DNA from: Octopus bimaculoides
Taxonomy: Eukaryota
Length of the DNA: 41,814 nucleotides
NCBI RefSeq assembly: GCF_001194135.2
Contig: NC_068993.1
Coordinates: 57,334,830-57,376,643, forward strand
Direction: 5' to 3'
Under the pieces are notes generated by a model, which was not told the origin of the DNA, made no database searches, and was given only the letters and a program-made list of their open reading frames with translations. A program made the position numbers and the translations under genes. Every line of letters begins with the position of its first letter. The stretch's first letter is position 1. Of the stretch, positions 23,884 to 35,851 are shown piece after piece.

Positions 23884-24906
23884 CACTTGGGAACATTTCA
23901 AAAAAAGATTTTAGTTGTCTTGCTTTCTACACTTAGTCTTACCTAATTTGATGCTGTGGGATTCATAAATAACCCCAGAAATTTCCTATCACGTCAAGTT
24001 TTTTGTTAAATAGTAATTTATGTTTCTACTAAAAAATGTCAAATTTGCCATTAAATACAAGACTGAAATAATCAACAAACAGAAACCAAATCTTAGAATA
24101 GATATTTCTTTCAAACTGGAGTTGAATTACTCAAGGAATGAACTTTCTCTTTGTAGCTTTATGTGAATAAATTGCATCATGACCGACTCCTTGCAGTGAT
24201 CAGTAGTAGTCAGCACCATGTTGGTGCTCCACTTGCCTTGATATCTACTCCACATGTTCTCGATGTCTTGGTGGAATCTTTATCTTTGCTCATCATTATT
24301 GCCTTAGGATTTCTAAGGAAGTAGTCCAGATGACAGTGCAGGGAGTGCATATTTGCACTCATGTTGCAGCCCAGTGCTGGAAAACTGATTAACAGGGTCT
24401 GCACAAGATCTTCATAATCTTATAGTTTCCTTTTTCCTCAACGAATCAGATACAACTGCAACAAAAGCATTCCATGCTCCTTTGCCAATGCCAGACATGG
24501 TCTCTAAAACTCTCTCGTCCTGCGACAGTCGTCTAATATGTGACCCATCAAACACTCTAACCTTATTTTTCTCACGAGACAAAACTGGAAACTTAACTGC
24601 TTTAGTATTTAAAGCATACACTGTCTCAGTATTTCAACCCATGTTTTGCACACTATATGGGATGTTCAAGCTTTGTCTTGTCACTCAGTTTCATGTTAAA
24701 GTAAGGAAGTAAGGTAAGCTTTCTTCACAAAATCTGTGATTTTATTTCACTGCCTAATTCAGAAGTAAGCAGAAGACGTCCCCTACCATATATATCGTGC
24801 ATCAAATCTTCTGGTATAATTCACGACACGAAATGTATTGTGCAAGAGATTCCTAATTGCAATGAAAAGCTCTTCAATCTCACTTTTTAGCCCTTCGTTT
24901 CCCAGT
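23884..24906 (-). mobile_element. Chapaev3-like (CMC superfamily) DNA transposon, internally deleted and decayed
   Basis: N-terminal remnants DVFC / KITDFVKKAYL / YFNMKLSD (24640-24790) are fused to C-terminal FPVLSREKNKVRVFDGSHIRRL..AWNAFVAVV / LGCNMSANMHSLHCHLDYF / RFHQDIENMWSRYQGKWSTNM (24200-24600), matching the GCNMSLKIHFLHSHLDFF..RFHQDI..RYQGKW signature. Tentative ends are cacttgggaac (23884) and gtttcccagt (24897-906). The coding remnant is solid; the family name is from memory and the ends are uncertain. Confidence 0.75.
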
Positions 24907-25617
24907 CAGTGATTCGTGAAGTTTTCTTTGCCTATTTCCACCCAGCTCCACGACTTTTCAGTATTTGACATTTAGACAATTTCCTTGCATTTAAATTATT
25001 ATAGGATACTCTCGCCCTATTTTTATCATAGTTCGTAGCTTTCTTACTATTATAGCAGTTCCGCATTCTCTCCTCATAACAGCCTCAAAATTCAGCTTGT
25101 ATCTCTTTTCTTTTCTTTTTTTTTTGCTCCCTTGAGGATAGAAAACAATTTTTATATTTGTAAGACTTTTCTTATTGATTATTATATACTTTTGTGGCGA
25201 AACAATGGATACTTTATAATAATTTTATAGTTACATAGCGCCCAGTATTTATTGCGAATATAAAAAGATTGTTAGATCTTGTGCGGCGTATACTTAAATA
25301 CACTTTATTTATCTTGGTTTTATATTCTCGACTTGATAATTCATTTAATTAGCAGATATATAATTACGACTTAGTAGTCGGACAGTTAGCATAATGTTGC
25401 CTTTAACCTTATCTTTTTTCACTTAAGCTCTGTTTTAAGTAATAATTTAATACATCTATAATATCCTCTCTTAATCTTTTCTTTCATTTGTGCATATTTT
25501 ATAGTGTGTGGTTTTTGTTCTCTGAGTATTTCTAATTCTGCGTTTAGTATAATTCTCTTACCGTTTGTTATTTATCTATAAATGATAGTCTTCTTAACAT
25601 TTCTCTTTTCATAAGTT

Positions 25618-25740
25618 GGCGAGCTGTCAGAAACGTTAGCCCGCCGGGCGAAATGCTTAACTGTATTACGTTCGTCTTTGGGTTCTGAGCTCAAATGCCA
25701 CCGAGGTCGATTTTGCCTTTTATCCTTTCGGGGTCGATTA
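25618..25740 (+). mobile_element. SINE family A, 5' part truncated at (TTA)n
   Basis: ggcgagctgtcagaaacgttagcccgccgggcgaaatgc...gaggtcgattttgccttttatcctttcggggtcgat. Confidence 0.85.
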
Positions 25741-26220
25741 TTATTATTATTATTATTCGTGGCTGATGGGGCTGGTGCGTTTGCTCTTCCGTTTCCTGTG
25801 GGAGGGACAAATACTGCTTGTCAGACAGTCCATTTGCTGTCAGCACCCGTTGCATGGAGGACTGGGCACGCCGTGAATGAGAATGGACAGGCATGCGTTG
25901 AGGTTTCAACATCTCCAGAGATACCTTAACTGTGATCAGTTGTGGCGCTTTTCCGCAGCACGTCTCCTTGGTGGAAACACAGTCCTGGATCAGGCGTAGA
26001 CCGAGACAGGGTGCTTTGTACCTAGAGTGTCTCCAAGCCCTCACAGCCCTCGGCCAGTCGGGCAACGCGGTCAGTGCAACTTCCACCTTGGAGTTCTATA
26101 TAGACAAGAGCGAAAACGTAATTGGAGAGGTCCTGGTCCTCGGTGTGGGGGGGGGGACAAATCGCTGGTGTCTTCCGGAGGATTTTCGGTTCTGGAACTA
26201 TGGATAACTTCCGGAAAGCC
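25741..26220 (-). mobile_element. Unclassified GC-rich, decayed coding-like segment ending in a (TAA)n tail; probable retroposon piece
   Basis: GC content rises sharply. Broken minus-strand frames (LSNYVFALVYIELQGGSCTDRVARLAEGCE / RYKAPCLGLRLIQDCVSTKETCCGK / RKRKSKRTSPISHE*) run directly into TAA repeats. No family recognised. Confidence 0.4.
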
Positions 26221-26223
26221 CTC

Positions 26224-26361
26224 GGCTTTCAAATTCCGCCGAGGTCGACTTTGACTTTCATCGCTTTGGGGTCGATAAAACACCAGTTGAGCAATGAGGT
26301 CGACGTATTCGACTGAGAACTTCCCCACAAAATTGCTGTCCTAATACCAACATTTGAAATC

Positions 26362-26362
<1 letters not shown>
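26224..26362 (+). mobile_element. SINE family A, 3' two-thirds, ending in (TTA)n
   Basis: tcaaattccgccgaggtcgactttgactttcatcgctttggggtcgataaaacaccagttg. Confidence 0.8.
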
Positions 26363-26396
<34 letters not shown>

Positions 26397-27485
26397 NNNN
26401 NNNNNNNNNNNNNNNNNNNNNNNNNNNNNNNNNNNNNNNNNNNNNNNNNNNNNNNNNNNNNNNNNNNNNNNNNNNNNNNNNNNNNNNNNNNNNNNNNNTT
26501 TCCAATGGTTCTCTAGTTTGTAGATTCACCACTTTATCTCCTTTTGCTTGAGACAACTTTTTTCCTCTGTTTTACCCTCGCTCCTTCAATATCTTATTAA
26601 ACATCTCTTAGCGCTTTTTTTTTTCTACCTGTTAAAAGTTTTAACATGGTTATTGTTGCTTTTTTCATGTTTTTGGTCACTTTTCGTTTAATTGTGGTTT
26701 CTGGGCAAACTCTTGTGGTGATGTGTCTTCCCCACGGTTGTTCAGGTGTTGCGTTCTTGATAAAATAGTTTTGCGTTGGAGACGGTCTTGTTTTGTTTTT
26801 TTTCTTCTTTTATTCAAGAGAATCGTTCTCGATTATTGTTCCGAGAGATATCATGCGATTAACCGAAGATCTCTCGTTTCCGGCGCTATTTCATTTCAAG
26901 TATTTCTTTCTTTGTTATATTATACATATTTAGTGTTTCTTTTTCTATTATTTTCCACTTCTGTATTTTCGTTATTGATTTCTTTAAAGATCGAGAATAG
27001 TTTTGTATTTTCTATATATTTCCTTATGTTTACTTTTCGTTTTGTTTACTCTGCATTCTAATACCCTTACATGCGTAGATACGATGGAATTAGAAACGTC
27101 GGTTCTAGCTATAATGACTACTGTATATTTATTTCGGTTTACAAGGTGATATTAACGTTAAGTATAATTTTTCATTAAAATTGTGATATCGAAGTACTTT
27201 TATGGATTCGAGGAAGATGAATATTTGTTTAGTTTAATTCTGTCGTTATTCCAACTTTATAATACTGTCACATCTATGATTTCCATCCTTTCAATATCCT
27301 ACTCCTACATTTATCTGATATTCAATTTTATTCTTTAGTCTGTATTCCCTGTTTTTGGGTCAGGGTTCTCAAGTTTATCCATTCTTTCCTGTTTTTGTCA
27401 CGTGTTCCGTTTATCATTTACTCTCTATCTTAATAAACCGATCAATGTGCCGATCGTTTTTGCTGCTGTCGTATACACTTTGAAT

Positions 27486-27886
27486 TTTTACTTCTTTCAG
27501 TCATTTGACTGTGGTCATGCTGGAGCAACGCCTTTACTCGAGCAACTCGACCTCAGGACTTATTCTTTGTAAGCCTAGTACTTATTCTATCGGTCTCATT
27601 GTCGAACCGTTAAGTTACGGGGACGTAAATATACCACCATCGTTTGTCAAGCGATGTGGGGTGGGGCAAACACAGACACACAAACATATACACGCACACA
27701 TGCAAATATATATATACATATATACGACGGACTTCTTTCAGTTTCCGTCATCCAAATCCACTCAGAAGTCTTTGGTCGGGCCGAGGCTATATTAGAAGAC
27801 ACTTGCCCACGGTGCCACGCAGTCTCACTGAACCCGGAACCATGTAGTTCGTAAGCAAGTTAATTACCACACAGCCACTCCTACAC
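27486..27886 (-). mobile_element. SINE family B, full length with internal microsatellite
   Basis: Minus strand: gtaggagtggctgtgtggtaa...ggttccgggttcagtgagactgcgtggcaccgtgggcaagtgtcttc...(TA/TG)n...ggtcgagttgctcgagtaaaggcgttgctccagcatgacc. Confidence 0.9.
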
Positions 27887-29159
27887 CTTGTTCAGAATTT
27901 AGCCACTCCTACGCCTATGTTCAGAATTTAGGTGTCCCAAATCTAAACAATTCTTTTTTCGTGAGAATTTTGTAGCAACGGATAAAATCAATTTGCTACA
28001 AGTCAACGTAGCTTTCCTTTGGTTTCGAAAGGTAGAGACCAACATAAACCTCATTATTGTATGTTCCCATTTGGTTCTCAATTGTCAACTATAACCTCTC
28101 TTCTATGAGTGAACATCTATTGTACACAAGATGTGTTGCGTAATATATAATGTTACTTTAACAGATTCCACGTTCTAGCATCTGCAGAATTTAACTCTGT
28201 CACGCATCAGTTCAATACAACAAAACCACATATATTACAGTTGGCAATACAACTGTGGTTTAGTGACATATTTGTTTTTTTCTTACATTGAAATGGGATT
28301 TTAATATACGTTATTTGCGTTCTCGATATATTACAATATATTTAGTTTCCCTTCTTTTTTGCACACACTTCTACTGAAAACAGAATTGTTCGGTCTTTGT
28401 ATTATTTCTCTTGTAGTGTATTACGCACACATGCCAAGCTTTTTGCTATGCATATATGTTGTCTTTAATTCCTAGCATAACACCATTAAATATATAACAT
28501 ACTTAACAAAACCCAGTAGAGTCTCACACTGGAAAACGTTCGTAGCTTCCAATTTTAGATCATCCAGTCCAGGAAGAGAGGTTAGATATCCTAGCCTTCC
28601 CTGAGAGCAACCGGTATCTCAGACAGGAGGCCCATTTTATAAGGTCAGGACCGTGATACTCTTGTCATTAAATTCATCAAAGACTCTGCGTGACGATGGA
28701 GATAAAATTCTTATTCCTCGCTGCCCAGGTTTTCTGAAATGTAAATAAGAAAGGTAAACATAATCTGCCATTACGCTCAGTACGCACTTATAATCTCAAA
28801 GAGCTCAAATGTAACCCAACACATGTTCTTCACAATTGGATTAATCTATATTATATGATATTTCTCCGAATGACCTTGATTACCTGAATTCGTGAAGGAC
28901 TGTTTCGTCGTATATCTCTGTAATTTTTTAGTTTTTTTTTTAATCTCATGAGCATTGCACATTGACAGGATAACATATTGTGTTATCATTTATTAATATA
29001 AACCTAATACCTGTAATATAGATAAAAGATAACCACATCTTTCATATCCAGTGCACAAGAAATTATTTGTAACTTGTTGCCAGCAGAATTATTGTCATGT
29101 ACTCCAAAGTGTCTCCCATTTTCAGCCATCACTATTTTGAACATGATGACTATAGACGT

Positions 29160-29930
29160 CGTCGTCAGCTTCGTCATCATCATCATCGTCATCATCATCA
29201 TCATCACCACCACCANNNNNNNNNNCACCATTTCATTACCATCATCCTCATCGTTGTAATCACCATCTTAGTGTTGTTGTTCTACTCCTTCTTCGTTTTC
29301 TTCTTCTCTTCCTTCGTTTTCTTCTTCTTCATCTTGTTGCTGTTGTTGATCTTCTTCTTCTTCTTCTTCTTCTTCTTCTTCTTCTTCTACTTCTTCTTCT
29401 CTTCTTCTTCTTCTTCTTCTTCTTCTTCTACTTCTTCTTCTTCATATTCCTCTTCTTCTCCTTCTTCTTCTTCTTCTTCTTCTTCTTCTTCTTCTTCTCC
29501 TTCTTCTTCTTCTTGTTCTTCTTCTTCTTCGTCTTCTCCTCCTCCTCCTCCTCCTCCTCCTCCTCCTTCTTCTTCTTCTTCTTCTTCTTCTTCTTCTTCT
29601 TCTTCTTCTTCTTCTTCTTCTCCACCTATTTANNNNNNNNNNNNNNNNNNNNNTTCTTCTTCTTCTTCTTCTTCTTCTTCTTCTTCTTCTTCTTCTTCTT
29701 CTTCTTCTTCTCCACCTATTTATCTTCGCTTTCACTTTTCCCTCTCCTGTTCCTCTTCCATAAGTTCCTCATCTTCTTCAATTTCTTCCTCCCCGTCCTC
29801 TTCCTCTTCTTTGTTGCTAACTTTGCGGCTAACATTGTCGTCGTCGTAGCAGTAGTAGTTTTAGCAGCAGCAGCAGCAGCAGCAGCAACAGAAGCAGTAG
29901 CAGTAGTATTCGTTGTTGTTGTTGTTGATG
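29160..29930. repeat. Compound trinucleotide tract (CAT)/(TTC)/(TCC)/(GCA)/(GTT) with two small gaps
   Basis: Directly visible; source of the poly-S, H, P, K, R and F ORFs. Confidence 0.97.
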
Positions 29931-30159
29931 TATGATTCACACCGTAGACATTACCACTACTAGTTTACGCTGTTCTTCACTCTTCTCTGCCAAACCAAAC
30001 TAAACGACATAACTGCTATATGTATTTATCTATTTGTTTATTCATTTATTTGTCTTTTTATTTTCGTTGTCACCATTGTCATCATTTTCAGCTGATCTTA
30101 TTGTTAGTTTGTTGTTTTAGTAATTTCTTATTTTTCTTCTCATTATTCACAAATACGAC

Positions 30160-30300
30160 AATGACGACGATGATGATGATGGAAGGAGTAAAGGTGATTT
30201 TTGATATTAGTGTTGATGGTGATAGCGGTGACGATGATGACGATGATGACGATGATGATGTTGTTGTTGTTGATGATGACGACGACGACGACGGTGGTTG
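30160..30300. repeat. Imperfect (GAT)n/(GAC)n microsatellite
   Basis: Directly visible. Confidence 0.9.
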
Positions 30301-30542
30301 AAGTCGATATATTCTTTAGCCAAGTAGTTAATAGGTTACACTGAAAGGCAGCCATACTTTATATATCGTATGATCAACGAAGTGAAAAGCTAGCGTGACA
30401 ACTTGTTAATCTGGTGTGTGCAGAGTCATTTGTTTTCTCTTCTTTGTTTGCTTCTTTCTTTGCTAATAGTTTTAGAGAAAGGATCTTTCTGACGACTGGG
30501 GAAAATGAGCGAGACTGACAGAAAAAGTGAGACAGACAGAAA

Positions 30543-30544
<2 letters not shown>

Positions 30545-30629
<85 letters not shown>

Positions 30630-30745
30630 GAGAAATAGAGAGAGACAGTAATATAGAAGTCACAGAATTATAGACAGAAAGTGCAAGAGAACAGCAAGAT
30701 ATAACAGAATGTAAGATAGATAGGTAGATAGATAGATAGATAGAT

Positions 30746-30800
<55 letters not shown>
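30545..30800. repeat. (AG)n arrays and (TAGA)n
   Basis: Directly visible at 30545-30626 and ~30715-30800. Confidence 0.95.
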
Positions 30801-30805
<5 letters not shown>

Positions 30806-31160
30806 GAAAAGAAATAAGAAAGAAGAGAGAGTGAGGTAAGAGAGAGATTAAGCGAATGTCAGGAATGATATAGAATATGAATACACACATACTCTTTAAT
30901 GACTGTTTGATATATGTATATATATATATANNNNNNNNNNNNNNNNNNNNNNNNNNNNNNNNNNNNNNNNNNNNNNNNNNNNNNNNNNNNNNNNNNNNNN
31001 NNNNNNNNNNNNNNNNNNNNNNNNNNNNNNNNNNNNNNNNNNNNNNNNNNNNNNNNNNNNNNNNNNNNNNNNNNNNNNNNNNNNNNNNNNNNNNNNNNNN
31101 NNNNNNNNNNNNNNNNNNNNNNNNNNNNNNNNNNNNNNNNNNNNNNNNNNNNNNNNNNNN

Positions 31161-31191
<31 letters not shown>

Positions 31192-31370
31192 TATGTATGT
31201 ATGTATATATATATACAGTATATATTGTGTCTTACGTACCCACGCATACACTTGCATACACACATTAATACACACACATAAACATTAAAACAACTGAAAG
31301 TGGCCATTACTTATATGTGGAGTATAAACGGTTTGACTTTCTAACCTCTGTTTCGTATATATTAATATAT

Positions 31371-31408
<38 letters not shown>

Positions 31409-31898
31409 ATCATCACCCCACATGCAAACACACACACGCACACACACACGCACACACACACACTCACACTGGGGCGTATATTTGTGTATAAGACGAGTCA
31501 AGTAGAGGAGGAACATAAGGAAGATTAGAACGAGAAGGAAAACGAAAACGACGGCGACATTGACCATGACGTTATGATTAGAAGAAGGAGAGGAGAAGGT
31601 GGTATAGGAGGAGGTATGTGTTCATTGTGGGGTGCTTGTTATGTTATATATATATGTGTGTATGTGTGTGTGTCTGTGTGTGTCTGTGTGTGTATGTGTG
31701 TGTGTGTGTGTGTGCGTGCGTGTGTATATTCATATCTGGCTCCTTGGATTTTTTATAAGTGGCAATGTATGAGAGTACAAGTCACCCAAATCCCGAAGCG
31801 CATCCCAGTTCAGCTGTTGCTGGTGTTCAATTTAAGGCAGGTGGACTGTGGAACCACGAGAAAGGAAGTGTACGTTTAAATATATGCATACAAAACAA

Positions 31899-32010
31899 CC
31901 GGTTCAGTTTCACTGCGTGGCACCTTGGGCAAGTGTCTTCTACTATAGCATCGGCTCGACCAAAGCCTTGTGAGTATATTTGGTTGACGGAAACAGAAAG
32001 AAGCTCGTCG

Positions 32011-32058
<48 letters not shown>

Positions 32059-32270
32059 GTGTGTGTGTGTGTGTGTCTCCTCACCATCGCTTGACTATCG
32101 ATGTTGGTGTGTTTTCGTCCCCGTAACTTAGCGGTTCGGCAAAAGGAACCGATAGAATAAGTACAACTAGGCTTACAAAGAACAAGTCATGGGGACGATG
32201 TGTTCGACCAAAGGCGGTGCTCCAGCATGGCCGCGGCAAACATGATAGAAACAAATAAAAGAATAAAATA
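31899..32270 (+). mobile_element. SINE family B, 5'-truncated, with internal (TA)n(TG)n
   Basis: ggttcagtttcactgcgtggcaccttgggcaagtgtcttctactatagc...gtccccgtaacttagcggttcggcaaaag...aggcggtgctccagcatggccgc. Confidence 0.9.
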
Positions 32271-33494
32271 GTATGTATGTATATATATGTTCAAGAGAGA
32301 AAGAACGCTGTGTCTTCTCTGCTATTTCTTCAGTGTGGCACAAATTAAACATCGCAGAGATGGCGCACAAGTGTGACAAATCTAAATAAACCTCTTCCCA
32401 CGGATAGAAAGTAGGGATCTACATTAACAGTTTGCAGTCTGGTTTGATTTTCATAAGCTATAGATTACTATTTGATTTGCCCAAGGAGTTAATTATAGCT
32501 AATATCTATATATGGTCACTAAATTTAATGAGTTTGTTCAACCGATTAGCTTAGTTTACATAAATATTGATGTATTAGTTATTTAAACTACCTAATTATT
32601 CATGTTCGTTCTCGGTTGTATCTCTAATGAGGAGTAAAGTAAACATTTTTTCGCAACACTTAGTAAAATGTCACTTTATTATGTTATAAACAAATGTCAG
32701 TTTTTCTTTCACTTCATATACAAGTAAATACGGATTTACATTACAGCTTTCAAATCTCGTTTGATTCTTCTCAGAAACAATGTGGCATTTCTTGTGTATA
32801 TGGGTTGAAGGGTATCAAGTAGAAATACCTAAACACTAAATGAAGTCTTTGCTTACCTGATTAGCTTAAAAAACAGTTATTTGTTTAAAGTCGCCGCAAT
32901 ACAGAGGCCTTTTCTTGCTATAGACATAGCGGATGATAAACGCAGTTTAGTAATGACTATACTTCAATAAGATGCCTGAATAACAATATTTGTACAAATC
33001 GAGCTAATCAGTGAAGCAAACTAAGTACATTTACTGATAGTGTACATCTGTTAGCTATATATCTATCCGTGGGCAGATCAAATGAAAAGCCATTCCTTTT
33101 GAACTACACATGATTGGTGAAGTCAGTCAGGTTTTCAGTTGTCATAATACAGCGAATGATCCAGTGTTTCCCTAGAACACGGTTCACACTACTGATATAA
33201 CGGTATGTATGTTTCTAGATATACAACACAAACACATACATAGGTACATATGTGAAACTATGTAAGTAGAAATACAAACAAGATATACTTAAGTATTTCT
33301 CCGTAGACTAATAACAAACAATTGACGAATATCCGCAATCGCTTTTCGAACCTTAGTTAATTCTCGTCAGAGATATCTACATCACTTGATCTACCTCAGG
33401 GATATAAACAGCCTATCGGCTTATGTACACAACAAATTGGCCAGCTTCATAGAAGTGGATCTCCTAATTTATCTACACTGATATTTAGAACTAT

Positions 33495-33608
33495 TTGAGT
33501 TCAAATTCCAACGACGTCGACTTTGTTTCCATCATTTCAGGGCCAAGAATATTAGACTTATTCCCCACATCAAATTTCCTGGCCTTGTGCCAAAATTTGA
33601 AACCTATA
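33495..33608 (+). mobile_element. Degenerate, internally deleted SINE family A
   Basis: gagttcaaattcccaacgacgtcgactttgtttccatc...aaatttcctggccttgtgccaaaatttgaaacc. Confidence 0.6.
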
Positions 33609-34240
33609 TTAAATAATGAAATGATGAAGTGACAGTCTTTCTAATGCGATCTTTTCAGTTAATCCTAAGAAACCTACAGCGACAGTATATTAACTAGCCT
33701 AGTGAAAGAAGATGCTTAGTGAAATTTCAAGATATATTTGACAAAAATATCTGCAATTTTATTGCAAAGAGTATGTCAAAATCCGTTTCTCTCTCTCACA
33801 CACTAACGCAGTTTTTCTCACAACCATTAAACACACCGATAGCAACAGCAACAAAAACACTTTAAAAGTATAAGCTATCTGTATTTTTGTGGTACATTTT
33901 CACTCAATATTCTACATTAATATTTCAAATACTCGTTTCCGTACTAATAATTTATTCCTATAAGTTTTACCATTATTTTAAAGTAATATTATGCAATATT
34001 TTTAACATTGCATTCTATAGACACATTTATCATTATATTCTGTAAACATTTTTTACACCTTATTCTGTAGTAATTTTGAATACTTTATTCTGTGTTCGTT
34101 ATTTAATGGTTTATTCTAAAGTAATACGTTCAGACACTATAGTATGTATTACTAATTTAACCATATTTTTGTATAGTAATATTTTAAAACTCCATATTTT
34201 AAAGTAGTGCTTCAACATTTTATTATTCTATACGTATAAT

Positions 34241-34455
34241 GCGGCGAGCTGGTAGAAACGTAGGCACGCTGGGTGAAATGCTTAGCGGTATTTCATCTGT
34301 CTATACGTTCTGAGTTCATATTCCATCGAGGTCGACTTTGCCTTTAAGCTTCTCAGGGTCGGTAAAATAAGTCCCAGTTGAACACTGGCTTCGATGTAGT
34401 CGACTAACTCCCTGCCCTTCATATTGCTGAACGTGTGTGAAAATCTGAAACCAAT
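34241..34455 (+). mobile_element. SINE family A, near full length
   Basis: gcggcgagctggtagaaacgtaggcacgctgggtgaaatgcttagcggtatttc...tgagttcatattccatcgaggtcgactttgcc. Confidence 0.88.
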
Positions 34456-35423
34456 TCTTTATATGTGTATAAACTCCAGTATTTTTTTCTACTGTCCACT
34501 TATTCTATGGTTATGTTTTCACTTTATATTCTAAAGTATTCTAACATTCTTTTATTCGAAGTTATATATTTAATACCTACGTTCTATTGTAATATTTTAA
34601 CTCTATATTTCGTTGCAGTGTTTTAACCCTGTAAATGTTGTAGAAATATGTTAACGTTATATACTAGGGATATATTTTAACAATCAATACTTTCCAGTAA
34701 TTATTTTAACAGACAAATTTAGGTAGTAATATGCTAACATTGAATATTCTACATTAATATTTTAGCGCTGTATGTTCATTAATAATATTTTAACACCCTA
34801 TTTTATGCTGTAATATTTTCAGAGTTAATTTATTCAATAAATGTTTAATGTTTACCTATCGTATGTGTATTACCTGCTTTATGTTCTGTATTTAATATTT
34901 GAGCTGTATCAACACAAATTTCAAGGTTTCGTGATACATAATACGACAATAAAGAAACTCTAGTTTTATTGTATTCTGTATTTACAGAACATCAAATAGA
35001 TAATCGTGTGTATCTGAAGGCCAGAACATATTGCAATATTCCAATAACTCGATATTAAATATTTAGATATTGTGGTTGTATTGCTCCAGTCAGCCTTCAG
35101 TGAGCAAACTTATAGTACGTATACGTTCGTGGTTGAGCGAAATATTAGGTACGATACACCGATATAATATTTCAATATACCCAAACCTTCGTTACTTGAG
35201 CGTTACAAAGTATTCTCCGAAAGTCACTGGTTTACGGAATGAGTGGCACTGATAGTGTACGCATGTAGTCAGCCGAAATACTATCGTCTGCATATCAACG
35301 CAGGTTTGCCTTTGTAGATATCGGTGATACTTGGTATAGGTGAGTTCCACAACCATAAACTCTGAAATTCAGTGGTTTCTCATAGAACTGCGGTGATGTG
35401 AAAGCATTATTTACTTTCCTTTC

Positions 35424-35600
35424 AAGCTGGCAGAATCGTTACCACGCCGGACTAAATGCTTAACGGTGTTTCGTCCGTCTTTGAGTTCAAATTCCGCTGT
35501 GGTCTGCTGTGCCTTTCATCCATTCGGGTTCGATGAAATAAGCATCAGTTGAACACTTGGGTTGATGTAACCGACTCATTTCTACCTTCCGTCAAGCTAC
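35424..35600 (+). mobile_element. SINE family A
   Basis: gctggcagaatcgttaccacgccggactaaatgcttaacggtgtttcg...gagttcaaattccgc...gcctttcatccattcgggttcgatgaaataag; B-box-like GAGTTCAAATTCC. Confidence 0.85.
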
Positions 35601-35642
35601 CAATTGTGGCGAAAGAATTGATATAATATTTTAAATACGTGA

Positions 35643-35851
35643 AGGCGTGTGGCTTAGTGGTTAGGGTGTCAGCACCATGATCGTAAAATTGTGGTTTCGA
35701 TTCCTGGACCGAGCGACGCGTTGTGTTCTTGAGCAAAACACTTCATTTCACGTTGCTCCAGCCCACTCAGCTGGCAAAAATGAGTAACGCTGCGATGGAC
35801 TGGCATCCCGTCCAGCTGGGGAGCACGTACGCCATAGAAACCGGGAAACTG
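35643..35851 (+). mobile_element. tRNA-derived SINE family C (5' portion, cut by gap)
   Basis: Pol III A-box-like TGGCTTAGTGG (35650-60) and B-box-like GTTTCGATTCC (35694-704), followed by a non-tRNA body shared with the 14812 and 41505 copies. Confidence 0.85.

Noticed and set aside
27190-27290. Weak minus-strand similarity to the Penelope RT LDVTV region
   Set aside because: Only a 4-5 residue match, surrounded by stops.
29540-29722. Duplicated (TTC)n-ctccacctattta on both sides of the 21-N gap
   Set aside because: Typical unmerged contig overlap, i.e. an assembly artefact.
35643-35720. tRNA-like sequence with A and B boxes
   Set aside because: No complete cloverleaf, and it continues into a repeat body shared with other copies, so it is a SINE head, not a tRNA gene.
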